Source: a virus
Lineage: Duplodnaviria > Caudoviricetes
IMG/VR virus record: IMGVR_UViG_3300030118_005363
Coordinates: 1-61,104 of that record
Reading direction: 5' to 3' (one strand)
Length of the DNA: 61,104 nt
Made by a program: the position numbers and the translations under genes. Position 1 is the first letter of the stretch, and the number at the start of each line of letters is the position of its first letter. This document shows, one piece after another, positions 35,364 to 46,700 of this stretch. Under the pieces are notes generated by a model. It worked only from the letters and a program-made list of their open reading frames with translations, was not told the DNA's origin and did not search any database.

Positions 35364-36431
35364 ATGGCAAGTAATCATTCCGCAAGATATGTAGCGGCAG
35401 GTAAAGAATCAACATACAATTCACCAGTGGCATACAGTGCTTATGGTGAAGTTGAATCTGAATCATTCCAACAATCTTATGATGTATTAAAAAGAAATGA
35501 TATGAATTATTATGGTGCGGCAAAAGCAATTGTTAGCAAAAAAATTGCAGAAGGTTCAATTAGCATGGCTTTGCAACCCGATAAATTTACACTTATGATG
35601 CTTCATGGTATTATGGGTCAAGATGCCCCTTCAAGTGATGGAGGTTCTTCACCAACCACAGACGAAAGAACATTTACTGAACACTCCATTTCCAGTAATG
35701 TTGATTTACCTTCTTACACTTTTAGAGTTGGTCGTGACAACCATGAGCATATATTTGCAGGTCAAGTTATTGAATCAATTAGCGTTTCTGCAAGTATTGG
35801 AGAATATGCTATGATGACAGTTAATACTGTTGGCGCAAGTCAAAATTCTTCAACAGCCGCACTAAACAGTGGACACCCAACATACACTAAAGATGCGGCG
35901 CACTTTTCTAAAATCTTTGTTGATTTTGAAGGAACGGCATCAAATTCAGACCACTCTTTACTTGTTCAAAGTGTTGATTTTGAAGTAAAAACAAATCGTG
36001 ATATGGATAACTCATACTCATTAGGTGATGAAACTTGTGTGCGTGCGCCTCCAAGAACTTTAAGAGAAATTAGTGGTTCTTTGACTTTCCATAAGTCTGT
36101 TTTATCAACCGATACAAGTTCTAACAATGAACCGCACTTTGATGAATTGATGGGGGCAACAAGCGCAAATGGTCAAGCACTTTTCCATCCTGCGGCGACC
36201 ACACCTGCACTTTCAGTATTATTTGAAGTTGATGGTGATAATTTCATTAGATTTGACTTTGCAAAAATACACTTTGAAATGCCCGAAACTTCTGTATCGG
36301 GTCGTGATACTCAAACAATGACTGTAAATTTCCATGCACTGTATGATTTAGACAATTCGCTTGGAAATTCAAAAGAAATGATGAGAATTGTTTGCAAAAG
36401 CGAAGATGGTTTAGCAGATTATGATGCGTGA
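35364..36431 (+). CDS. Major tail tube protein
   Basis: AAGKESTY, LPSYTFRVG, REISGSLTF, TMTVNFHALYD patterns; precedes the chaperones and tape measure. Confidence 0.8.
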   Translation: MASNHSARYVAAGKESTYNSPVAYSAYGEVESESFQQSYDVLKRNDMNYYGAAKAIVSKKIAEGSISMALQPDKFTLMMLHGIMGQDAPSSDGGSSPTTDERTFTEHSISSNVDLPSYTFRVGRDNHEHIFAGQVIESISVSASIGEYAMMTVNTVGASQNSSTAALNSGHPTYTKDAAHFSKIFVDFEGTASNSDHSLLVQSVDFEVKTNRDMDNSYSLGDETCVRAPPRTLREISGSLTFHKSVLSTDTSSNNEPHFDELMGATSANGQALFHPAATTPALSVLFEVDGDNFIRFDFAKIHFEMPETSVSGRDTQTMTVNFHALYDLDNSLGNSKEMMRIVCKSEDGLADYDA

Positions 36432-36445
36432 TAGGTGGTGCTTAG

Positions 36446-36637
36446 ATGAGCCACGAAATCACTGATAAAACTAAACTACGAACAGCAGTAGTTTATGGAA
36501 ATCAATTAACAATTCATGCTTCAATACAAACTGGTTTGCAGGCACTTGCAAACGGTGACAAAGTTATTGATATTAGCGTAGTAAGAAAAAGCGTTGGTAA
36601 TCAATTTGTAGCAATAATTAGTTATGAGTTAGCATGA
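36446..36637 (+). CDS. Small hypothetical protein
   Basis: AGGTGG RBS-like sequence upstream; in the tail operon. Confidence 0.5.
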   Translation: MSHEITDKTKLRTAVVYGNQLTIHASIQTGLQALANGDKVIDISVVRKSVGNQFVAIISYELA

Positions 36638-36674
36638 TAGTAAAGTATAGTATAGAAAAGAGAAGTGACAAAAT

Positions 36675-37025
36675 ATGCCAGTATTGAAAAAAGAAATAGA
36701 ATTAGCAGACGGACAAAAAATATGGGTTAGACAAGCCTCCGGTATGGAAAAACTACCCATTGAAAATAAACAAGCATCGGTATTTAGAAAGTGCAAGCAC
36801 TTTGGTAATGACCCTACTAAATGGACTGATGACCAAAGCGAAGAATTTGCGCAGTTACTTGATGATGCAGGCGCAGGTATTGCAGACCAAATACAAGCGT
36901 GGATTCCAAACTGTGTTATTGAACCAGTTGGATTTGACATTAATATCTTGACTTCGGAAGAAATACGCACACTTCTAAACTTTGTGCGTGGAGATACTTT
37001 GGAGGGCGCAATCCCTTTGGGATAA
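36675..37025 (+). CDS. Tail assembly chaperone (gpG-like)
   Basis: Between tail tube and tape measure; ends just after the slippery site C CCT TTG. Confidence 0.75.
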   Translation: MPVLKKEIELADGQKIWVRQASGMEKLPIENKQASVFRKCKHFGNDPTKWTDDQSEEFAQLLDDAGAGIADQIQAWIPNCVIEPVGFDINILTSEEIRTLLNFVRGDTLEGAIPLG

Positions 37026-37309
37026 TCCATAAAGTTTTGCCTTCATTATGTAGCACATTTAAAGGACAATTACCACATGAATTATACCTAAAATACAATG
37101 AGGAAAATGGCTACGAAAGAATGCAATTCGATATGGAGGTCGCAAGAGAAATAAGTGAAAGAATCACTGAACAACACGAAGCGGCTAAGTCGGGTAGAAA
37201 AAGTTCGGCGGATGCTCGCAGTGCAGTAGCACGCCGAAACCAAAGGCGAGCAGAAAGAATCGAGGGGAAAGAGTTAAGCGACATGATAGGAAAATGGGCG
37301 AGTGAGTAA
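37013..37309 (+). CDS. Tail assembly chaperone, -1 frameshift extension (gpT-like)
   Basis: The -1 frame is open from CCC 37013 through TTG 37037 to the stop at 37309. Confidence 0.7.
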   Translation, partial: PFGIIHKVLPSLCSTFKGQLPHELYLKYNEENGYERMQFDMEVAREISERITEQHEAAKSGRKSSADARSAVARRNQRRAERIEGKELSDMIGKWASE

Positions 37310-40300
37310 AATGGCAAGAGCAGGTGCGGCAAGAGTCTTTTTTGATGTTGTCGGAACATTTCAAGCCACAAAACTAATTGCTGATTCTAAGTCTGCCGCA
37401 ACAGTTCAAACTGCAATTTTTATGGATGCCGCCGCTAATATTGCGGATTCATTTGATGAAATGGCTACTGCTGTTCTTGAGTCTGTTGGAGAAATAATGG
37501 ACTCGTTTTTTGAGTTTGAAAAACAATTAACAAGAGTTGAAAAGTTTTATGGTGATTCCGGCGGTGTTGATAGATTCGCAGAAGCCTCTATCAGACTTGG
37601 TGAAGGATTTGCGTTTAGTGGTGAGCAAGCACTACAAGCAAGCGCAAAAACTGCGCAGTTGAAACAGGTTCTTGAATCTCAAGAAGCAATTATTGAAGCC
37701 ACAAGAGGCGGTCTTTTGATGGCCGCAGTTGGTGAAATGGAAACTGAAATGGGTATGAATCGTCTTATCCAGTTAGCGCAACAGACTGGGTTTATGATGG
37801 GTAATTTAACAAAGGCGCAGTATGATGCGCTCGGCGCAGAAGAACAAGCAAATGTTGTGCGTGCAAATACAATGCGTGTATTAGACCAGTTAAACACCGT
37901 TGAAAACACATCGGTTGCTACAATGGAAGATATTACTTTTGTTCTTAACCAGTTTTCTGCGCAGGCAAATATTGCAGGTGAGTCTATTGGTGAAATGGCC
38001 GCTATGTCGGCATTATTGCTTGAAACTGGTGAAGAAGTAAGCAGGGCGGGAACAGGTCTGCGTATGATTTATCAGCGTATTGGTAATGCAAATACAGAAG
38101 CAGTAAAAACACTTCAAGAATTAATGGGTGGTGTTGATGCTTCCGTAATTACGCAAATGAAATTTTCTGATATTCTTAAAGAAATTGCGCCTGCGTATGA
38201 AAATATGACTGCTGAACAAAAGCGTAATCTTGCAGTAGCAATTGCGGGTTCAAGACATTATGTAAAATTCTTAAAAATAATGGAAAACCAAGACCGTTTA
38301 TTAGAATTACAAACAAGCGCATATCACGGTGCATACGGTGCTATTGATGAATTTAATATAAGAACTAATAAGGCATTTTTTGAAATGGAACAATTGCAAG
38401 CAATGACTACAAACTTGCGTGTTGAAATAGGAGATAATCTTTCAGACGCATATTTCCAAGCAGAAGCCGCTACATTTCATTTTTTAAATGCAGTATTAAA
38501 AGTAAATGAAACCACAATTGGCGGCAACATAATGGATAGCGTCATAATTATGTCGGGTCTATATCAAAATCTTATTGCGCCGTTTGCAAATGTTGGTTTT
38601 CAATTAATGAATATGGTTATTGCATTTAGGACTTTATCAGCAGTGCAAGCACAATTAAATCCCGATGCTATTCTACAAAGAAATAATCATATTGCATTGG
38701 CTAATTCCGCAAAGGTTGCAAGTAGTGCATATAATGAATTTTCATCAACATATCAAGTAAATATAGATAGGAATAGAGCAAAAACGACTGCCTTTGGTCA
38801 AATTCTTGTTGATTCAAGAGTTAAATTAAGTATGATGGGTGAACAATTGCGTTTAGCATCTGCCGCACATCAAAATGCCGCAGGTCATCTTGAAGGACAT
38901 GCCCGACTAAATGAAAGATTAGCAAGAGGTGAAAAAGCACGCTTTGTATTACACAAACAAACAAGAGAAAGAATAGTCGCAGATAGCGATGCTATGAAAT
39001 TTCAACAAGTAAGGTTAGACGCAACTGCAAAAACAATAGAAAATTTAAATATGAAAATAAGAGAGCAAGTAGGGCTTCAAATTCAATTTGGCGCACTAAA
39101 TGCTCAAGCAGGTCGTGCCGCAAATTTTTACAATGCTATAATGGCTAAAGGTTTGCCAACCGTTGTTGCAAATGCGCAAGCACATAGAGATTTAGTTAAT
39201 GCAAGAAATCAAGAAGCGTCGGCACTAAGAGAGTCGCACATGGTTTTGATTCCTTTAACTGCCGCAGAACAAAAGCAAGCAACAATAGCAATTCAAAGAA
39301 AAAATGATATGATACAAGAATTGCAATTAGAAAATGGTCTTATACGCAGTAAGCAATTGCGCAATCAAATTGAAAAAGGAGAAACAGACCCTATTTTAGC
39401 AAATCAACTTGTGAATAATGAAAAGAAAATTCAACAAATGCAAAGAGAAAATGTTGAATTAGAAAGAGGCATAATGTCATCAAAGCAAGCCAATGCCGCC
39501 GCAAAAGCAGAAATTGCTACAAATTCAATGGCTACAATGAGCCTTAGACAAAAAACAATCGCATACGCTCAAGCGGCAGGTGCAGGTTTTAAATTAGGTG
39601 TTACTACAAAAAATGTAAATAGAGCATTAATGCCTATGACTATGATACTGCCGTTTGTAACAGATGGTGCAGAAAGTATGAAATTTATGATGGCTGGAAT
39701 GGCGGCAATCATGGCAGTTAAGGTTGTCAATTCACTTAGAGCAACAAACTTTCAGTTAAGCAAAACAGTAATGCTTCAAGCCGCAGTTAGCGGTGGAACA
39801 AGCCTTGTTGTTGCAGGTCTTGCTTTATTTGCTTCAAAAATGTTATTAGACCAATTTATAGGTGATGATTTCTTAGGTAGTCCACTTGAAAATTTAAATG
39901 AATTTAATGATGGTCTTATGACCGCAGAAGGTCAATTATCTGCTTTAGTCGGTTCATCAGAAGCAATACTTGCAGGTGTTGTTGATAAATCAATGGCTGA
40001 ATTAAAAAATTCACCCGCAGAAATGGCTCAAGCAATCAGAGATATTAATGGTGAAATAATAAGATTAGAAACTGCGCAAACAGGATTAGAAGAAGATAGC
40101 GCACTATATAATCAAATAGAAGCACAGAAAAATGCCGCAGAAGCCGCCGCAGAAAATTTACAATTAGTAGCAGATGAAAGAGAAAGACTTGCATTAATTG
40201 ATGCAAAATTAGCAGGTCAAAGTGCTAACAAAGCAGGTCAAGTTTATGGTATCGAAACTGAAATTGAATACTATCTTGACAATAGCGGCAATGAATTATC

Positions 40301-40796
40301 ACAAGCAATTATGGGTCGTGTTAAGTTGTTTGAAAAAGATAGAGAATACTTCCTTGAGTATAGAGATTTAGAAGGTAAATTTATTAGTGAATCATTTGAT
40401 AAAAAAGCAGATGCTTTAGATAGAGAACAAGAATTGCGCATAGCGTTTAGCGAAGAAGGTTTGAAATCACAAAAACATTATCTTGATTTGATGTTTGCGC
40501 AAGAAGAAGAAGCGGCAGAAGCAAGTCTTGATTTATTTACAGAAACAAATGAACAAGCAATGGGTGAAATGTTTAAGTTTGCAAATGCAAGAGAAGAATT
40601 ATTCTTCGGCCAACGCCAAAACTTTACAGGCGCACTATACAAACAAGTATCGCAGGGTGGTATTGAAAACCTATTGCACAAAACAGAAATTATTCAAACA
40701 AATGTCTTTAACGGCATGACACTTCCCGAAATGGTTAGTCAAGTAGCAGATGGAGTAGTAGCGGAGTTAAACAATAGGGGAGTAATGAGCAGATGA
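37302..40796 (+). CDS. Tape measure protein
   Basis: 1164 aa, Ala/Gln-rich helical; TP901-like core (FEKQLTRV...RAGTGLRMIYQRI). Confidence 0.9.
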   Translation: MSKMARAGAARVFFDVVGTFQATKLIADSKSAATVQTAIFMDAAANIADSFDEMATAVLESVGEIMDSFFEFEKQLTRVEKFYGDSGGVDRFAEASIRLGEGFAFSGEQALQASAKTAQLKQVLESQEAIIEATRGGLLMAAVGEMETEMGMNRLIQLAQQTGFMMGNLTKAQYDALGAEEQANVVRANTMRVLDQLNTVENTSVATMEDITFVLNQFSAQANIAGESIGEMAAMSALLLETGEEVSRAGTGLRMIYQRIGNANTEAVKTLQELMGGVDASVITQMKFSDILKEIAPAYENMTAEQKRNLAVAIAGSRHYVKFLKIMENQDRLLELQTSAYHGAYGAIDEFNIRTNKAFFEMEQLQAMTTNLRVEIGDNLSDAYFQAEAATFHFLNAVLKVNETTIGGNIMDSVIIMSGLYQNLIAPFANVGFQLMNMVIAFRTLSAVQAQLNPDAILQRNNHIALANSAKVASSAYNEFSSTYQVNIDRNRAKTTAFGQILVDSRVKLSMMGEQLRLASAAHQNAAGHLEGHARLNERLARGEKARFVLHKQTRERIVADSDAMKFQQVRLDATAKTIENLNMKIREQVGLQIQFGALNAQAGRAANFYNAIMAKGLPTVVANAQAHRDLVNARNQEASALRESHMVLIPLTAAEQKQATIAIQRKNDMIQELQLENGLIRSKQLRNQIEKGETDPILANQLVNNEKKIQQMQRENVELERGIMSSKQANAAAKAEIATNSMATMSLRQKTIAYAQAAGAGFKLGVTTKNVNRALMPMTMILPFVTDGAESMKFMMAGMAAIMAVKVVNSLRATNFQLSKTVMLQAAVSGGTSLVVAGLALFASKMLLDQFIGDDFLGSPLENLNEFNDGLMTAEGQLSALVGSSEAILAGVVDKSMAELKNSPAEMAQAIRDINGEIIRLETAQTGLEEDSALYNQIEAQKNAAEAAAENLQLVADERERLALIDAKLAGQSANKAGQVYGIETEIEYYLDNSGNELSQAIMGRVKLFEKDREYFLEYRDLEGKFISESFDKKADALDREQELRIAFSEEGLKSQKHYLDLMFAQEEEAAEASLDLFTETNEQAMGEMFKFANAREELFFGQRQNFTGALYKQVSQGGIENLLHKTEIIQTNVFNGMTLPEMVSQVADGVVAELNNRGVMSR

Positions 40797-43700
40797 AAAC
40801 AGTTAATTTTAACAATACTTTTTGGCTTAGTGGTTATTTTGATGACTTTCATAAGCCAGTTGGCGTTGCTGATGATAAAAATAGTGGCGCAACAAGAACG
40901 CATGACCACACTATAACGCACTTTGGTAGTATTTTAGGAGGCAACAATCCTTTTAATCCACGATTCAAACATTCATACTATGACCGTTTGCGCAGTGGTA
41001 GTTATCATGATGGAATGACGGGAGGATTCGGAACTGGCATTAGTGATAAGGCAATGATTTTTACTACTACTCTTGATAATAGATTAACTATGAATCGTGG
41101 TATTCATGAATGGATTACTGTTGATAATCAAAATTCAGATGGTCAATTTACAGAAAATCAAACATATTTATTTGCGCCTAATTCATTGTGCGCAAATAGA
41201 CAAAGATGGAACGGCGTAGGCAATGAAGGTTATTTAAGATTTAATAATGCGCATGATACTCAAGGACATTATTATGCGCCAACAGGAACAATAGACCCTT
41301 ATTATGGAGGAAGCAATGTATTTACGCCAAGAACTAATTTAGGTTTTAGTGGCGCAAATAGAAACCATCAAGGCGGCATGACAAGAATAATACAGGAAGT
41401 TCCAAATGCAACACAAATTCATACTCATTTTGCAGGTATCTATACCGGAGAACAGGCTCAAGCGGCATTAGACCACAGTTTAACAAGACCACAAAAATAT
41501 CTTCATAATATTACTTCTCCTTCCGGTCAAAATTTTATGATTAATTCGTTATATGATGATAGAACCGCTACTGGAACAAAGCGTTTGCTTAGTTATGACG
41601 GCGCACTAAGATTGCGTGGTTTAGGTGAAATGTTTCATCTGCGCATTGCTACACATAAAATTGGAGATTGGGATTTTTCACATTACATACTTAAAATTGG
41701 TTACAAAGATTCAACAACATACGATACTACGGCTGATGATTTTGCCGATAATTCTTGCATTGCAACACTTCTTCTTACAGGTGCAACATTAGGTATTGGT
41801 AATCTTGATAAATGGGATGGTAATACAGAATCAGCATATAATGCAGACGAAATATGGACTGATATATTTCTTCAATTTGATTTTAATGCTGGTGTTTGGG
41901 CGGCATACGCAAATGATGACACAACAGCATTTCAAAATGGTTTGATAAACCCAAGTGTAGATATGGCTACCGCAAAGGGTTGGAGTCTTGATGCAGAATG
42001 GCTTACCAATGGCTCGGAATCTTGTGTTGTTCTCGATACTTTGATTGATAGAGCAGGTGTAATTTTACCTCTCAATTGGCGAAATGGCGGTGTTTCATTT
42101 CCACCTCCTATTGAAGCACTAAATTTTACTTCGGGAATTGACAAAGTATCAACGCTTAGTGTTTGTATTCTTGATGATATGAACGAATATTCTTTGTCTG
42201 CTTTAACAACAGGTAGTAGTGCAAGTGAATGGCGATTACTTATGATGAATAGTGATGAGTCAAGAGTTCTTTGGTCGGGTTTTATAGATGGTGTGCAACA
42301 TTCACAAGATAAGCATGGTAATCTTTTAAAAACTACTATTGATGCAAGAGATTCATTAGGAACACTTGATAGAATACTTCCAGTATGGGAAACAGGTCAA
42401 AATGCACATACTTCTCTTAATCAACATATATCAATGGATGCCATAAATACAAAACGAAACTTTGAAACTGCGCAGATTTTAAGCACAATGTTATTTGGCG
42501 CAAATCAATTAATAGTATCAGAAAATACATTAGGTTTCAATGCCTTTAATGTTGGAGTAGGCGGAACAGTAGATGACACATTTATTGCAGACCCTAATTC
42601 AAGAACACGCAAATTTTCTGGTCAATCAATTCAAATGTATATTGGCGAGGATGAATACGGTGCAAATGAAATAGAAAAAGAATGGGAAGGAGGAAATAAT
42701 AATTTTTTTGGACTTCTTGATGTTATAGGTTTGCAAAAAGTAGGTTCTAACTGGGCTATATTTGTTGAGTATGACCCCGATATTGACGGACAACCTACTT
42801 TTGCTAATCTTTACGATAGTTCGGCTACAATAACAAGTCATAGAGGAATTGGTGTAGGAGATTCAATTGAATTAAAAGGAACAAACGGTAGTGGTGCAGG
42901 TTATGATGGCTCATATACTGTTAGCGCACTAACTGTTTTGCGCAGGGTTCAAAGAAATCAAGGCGGTTCGACTGCATATAGAAATGTTAATACTAAAAAA
43001 TATGTTGTTAGAATAGATACAACCACTACTTACAATGGTTCTGCTGATGAAAATTTAGAAATTTCTGCTGTAAGCAGACATTATACTAACGGCAATACAT
43101 CATATAGCACAGTTTTAACTTCAACAGGCAAACAAGAAATAGATTATGCGAATAATTTTAACGATAATAAAACAGAATTTCCAATATCACTAACTATTGA
43201 AACTTCTTCTGCGCATAATTTAGAAGTAGGAGATTGGATTATGATACCTAATGGTGTTTCATCAAATGTATATTTTTGTGAACCTTTTCAAGTTATAGGT
43301 GTAATTAGTTCAACAAAAATTCATACAGTAGCACCCTATGACGCTATCGGTGCTTCGACAGTAGGTTTTGCCTCTTTGTCTATTCCTCTTGTTAAAATGT
43401 CAGTTTATGACGCAAACCCTAACGCTATTGAAAATAGACCTGCAAAAGTAAAGCCAGTTATTTACAAATCCAGTATATTGACTAATTCGCTTTTGCGCAG
43501 ATATATGCACAGAACAATTCATGCTCGTTGGCTAAGAGATTTGCCTCTATCCCCTTATTTCCGAGCGCAGTTTGGTGTTATTGATGCTATTCCTCATTGG
43601 CGCACAGGACATAAAACTGCATTACAATATATGTTTAGTCCAAATCAAATGGATGCAGGCATAGGTTCAGTTAGTGCAGGGTTTAATGAAATCAATCCCG

Positions 43701-46700
43701 ATGGTTCAGTTATGAATTGGAGAGGTTTAGATGCAACATATCATGCTTCTAATCCTATAACTCCTACAACAACAGAATTGCACTTTGATGACCCCGCAAT
43801 GTGGTATTATATCAAAGTAAATAATATGGAAGATGACGGAATTATTCTTGAATTGCTCGACAAAGATACTCTTGATTCTCAATATGTTATTGGAAATGTT
43901 GTTAGTAATCCTCTTGGCGAAGCAGATTTAAGTTGGGATTCAGCAACAGATACATTTACTGTTACTGGTCTTGCAGGTAATATAAATAAAGGAGATATTG
44001 TAATACATGAAGGATTCCGTGATTTTGACCTTAATGGCGTGTTTAGAATACATCAAATGCAAGGTAGCACTGCTTACAGGGCTGAAAGAGTTACTTTTGA
44101 ACCAATGATTGATGAATTTGCTTATGTGCGCAGTAAATTTCAAGGTGGTTCTCAATGGTCTGCCGGTTCTGCGCATTATTTTGATGACCCCGATGCAATA
44201 AAAATTAACACAAAAGAAATAGAATTTACTCCGTTTTATCAGTTATTTAGCCCGAATCAAATACCTATAAGCCAAACAACGGGAACGCCTACCGTTGGAG
44301 GAAAAATAAGATATAATAAAATTATTATTAGCGGTATAAAAGGTATTAAAAAGACTTATGACCCCGATAGAACAATTGTTAGTCTGCGCAAAATTGATGA
44401 AAGCAATGGCTATAAGCATTGTTATGTTCTTTGGGCTGATATGCGCAATGACGGAACGGCAAATGCAGACGGCGGTTTGCGCAAACAAGATTTTGGAATG
44501 ATTTTACCGACAACGGAAAATTATAAAATTAATGTTTGTATTGCAGACCAGTTTGACGAAAACGGAAATCCCGATGTTTTTACTTCTTTAAAAATAGGCG
44601 AAGAAGTTGATTTGTGGCAATTCGATGCAACCGCAGAACCATATTACGGTGTTGCATGGTCTGCTTTGAATGGCGGTAGCGATTATGAACCTCTTGATGA
44701 TAGATACCATAACTGGAAAGATAAGGGAGGGTCGTTTATTATTATTGATGCTTCACGATTTTACAATCTAAATACTATGGCTACTGGTGGCAGAAGTGGC
44801 TACTCAAGCGGTGGTCTTGTGGACTTTGGGGATTATGTGCTTGCTACTAAAGGATTTCCCTATCTTACTGATGCTTATTACAAAGCAGGTATTGCTTCAT
44901 ACAGAAATACACAAACTATCAATTATACTACCCCACCAACGGCTTTTGTAGGGATTAGTGCGCACAAAAACTCTCTTTATATGCTAAATGATAAAACAAT
45001 ATTAGTTTCTGATATTGCTTTAGGCGCACAGAATATTGACATAGACGACCACACTTTGTTTAACACAAGTGGCACAGGCGCAATAATTTGTCAAACGGGA
45101 GAAAACCGTTCACAGGAGGATTTAATTTATTACTTTTCATGGACTGGTAAAACAACCACTGCAACAGGAGATAGATTAACAGGCGTGTATATTACTTCTA
45201 TTCCGGCTGAACAGATAACAGATATTGAAACAATTAATACAATTCTTGAATCAGAAAAAGAAAATCTAATTGCTACATCTTCAACGGTTGGTTCAAGGGC
45301 AAATATTACCTTAAAAGACCCCGATGATGAAACTTCAACAGGTGTTTTTAAGAAAGTATTAGTTTTCAATACACCGTCTGCGGTATTCCCACTGCGCCTT
45401 TCTGTAAATATTGAAGGAATAATTAAGTCAAAAAACACAGGAACATATTATGTGCATGATAAAATGCGCAGTATGTTTTCTCTTTCTTGCGCAGACACAT
45501 GGGCTACAAACACATCGCTTCCTTGTGTGTATCATATTCCTAAGACAAGACAAATGCCTAAAGAAATTGGTAGCGCAGATACAGATTCATTCGGTTCAAC
45601 ATTTGATGCTAAAAACACTACTATTCTTAATATGGCAAATGAAATAGTTGCAAAAGACGGCAATGGCGACACACACCAAACTACTTTTAATTATTTGATG
45701 GATAGAGATAACATAATGACAATAAGGCAAAAAATACCAAGCGGTATTGCTTTGAATAGAAATAATATGCTAAATTCAAAAATGTCATCAAGACTTGGTT
45801 CACAAATAACAAATGTGCGTGTTTATTACAATGGAAACTCAAACTTTGTTGATTTCCCCGAACCAGTATCGGGAACACCGACCCGTTGGCGCACATTGAA
45901 TTATGAAAATGTGTTTAGTCGTGATGAAGCAATGGCACTTGCAAAACAAGAGTTTTTGCGTGAAAGAGATGCGCAGGTTTCAATCAGCGCAGAAATACTA
46001 CTTACGGGAACACAAAAAAGCAAAATGCTTGACGGTGGTAGGTATGGTTATGTTCAAGATGCTTTTATCAGAAACTATCACTATGATAGATTTTCAAATG
46101 CGTCATGGACTAATATTTTTGGTGGCTTCCGGTATAGTGGTATTCAAGATTATAGGCACAGCAACAATGTTAGATTTAAACACAATACAAACCCTGCCGA
46201 AATTCTATTACAAGCAAAGGATAACTACCCATCAGACCCAACAGGAATTTTAGGAAAAACAGTTATCACCGACCCTTCTGCTTTTGATTTCTCCGCAAAC
46301 GGAATACATATTAGAAAAAGTAAATTTGGTTTTGAGTCCACATTTGATATTGGTTCTGCGGGTCAAGTTAGATATGGTAGTGGGTTATTAGGCACTTTAC
46401 AGGCAGGTTTTAATTCAATACCAAACGCAGGCGACACTGATAGATTAACAATTTTTTGCGATGCCGGATTCACGCCGCCGCCAACAAATCAAAACGGAGT
46501 ATCAATAATTCATGTTGATACTTTTGGTAGGTCAAGGGGTTATCCAACATACGCAACAAAGAGCCTAAGTCAATGCGTAAAAGTCATGTATGTCGAAAAA
46601 GATATGCCTTATGTTAGTGAAACTACTGGCAATGAATTGCGTTTGGGAATCACTATTGATGGTGGAAAAACTTCTCCCACTTCGGGCTTTGCGCAACAAC

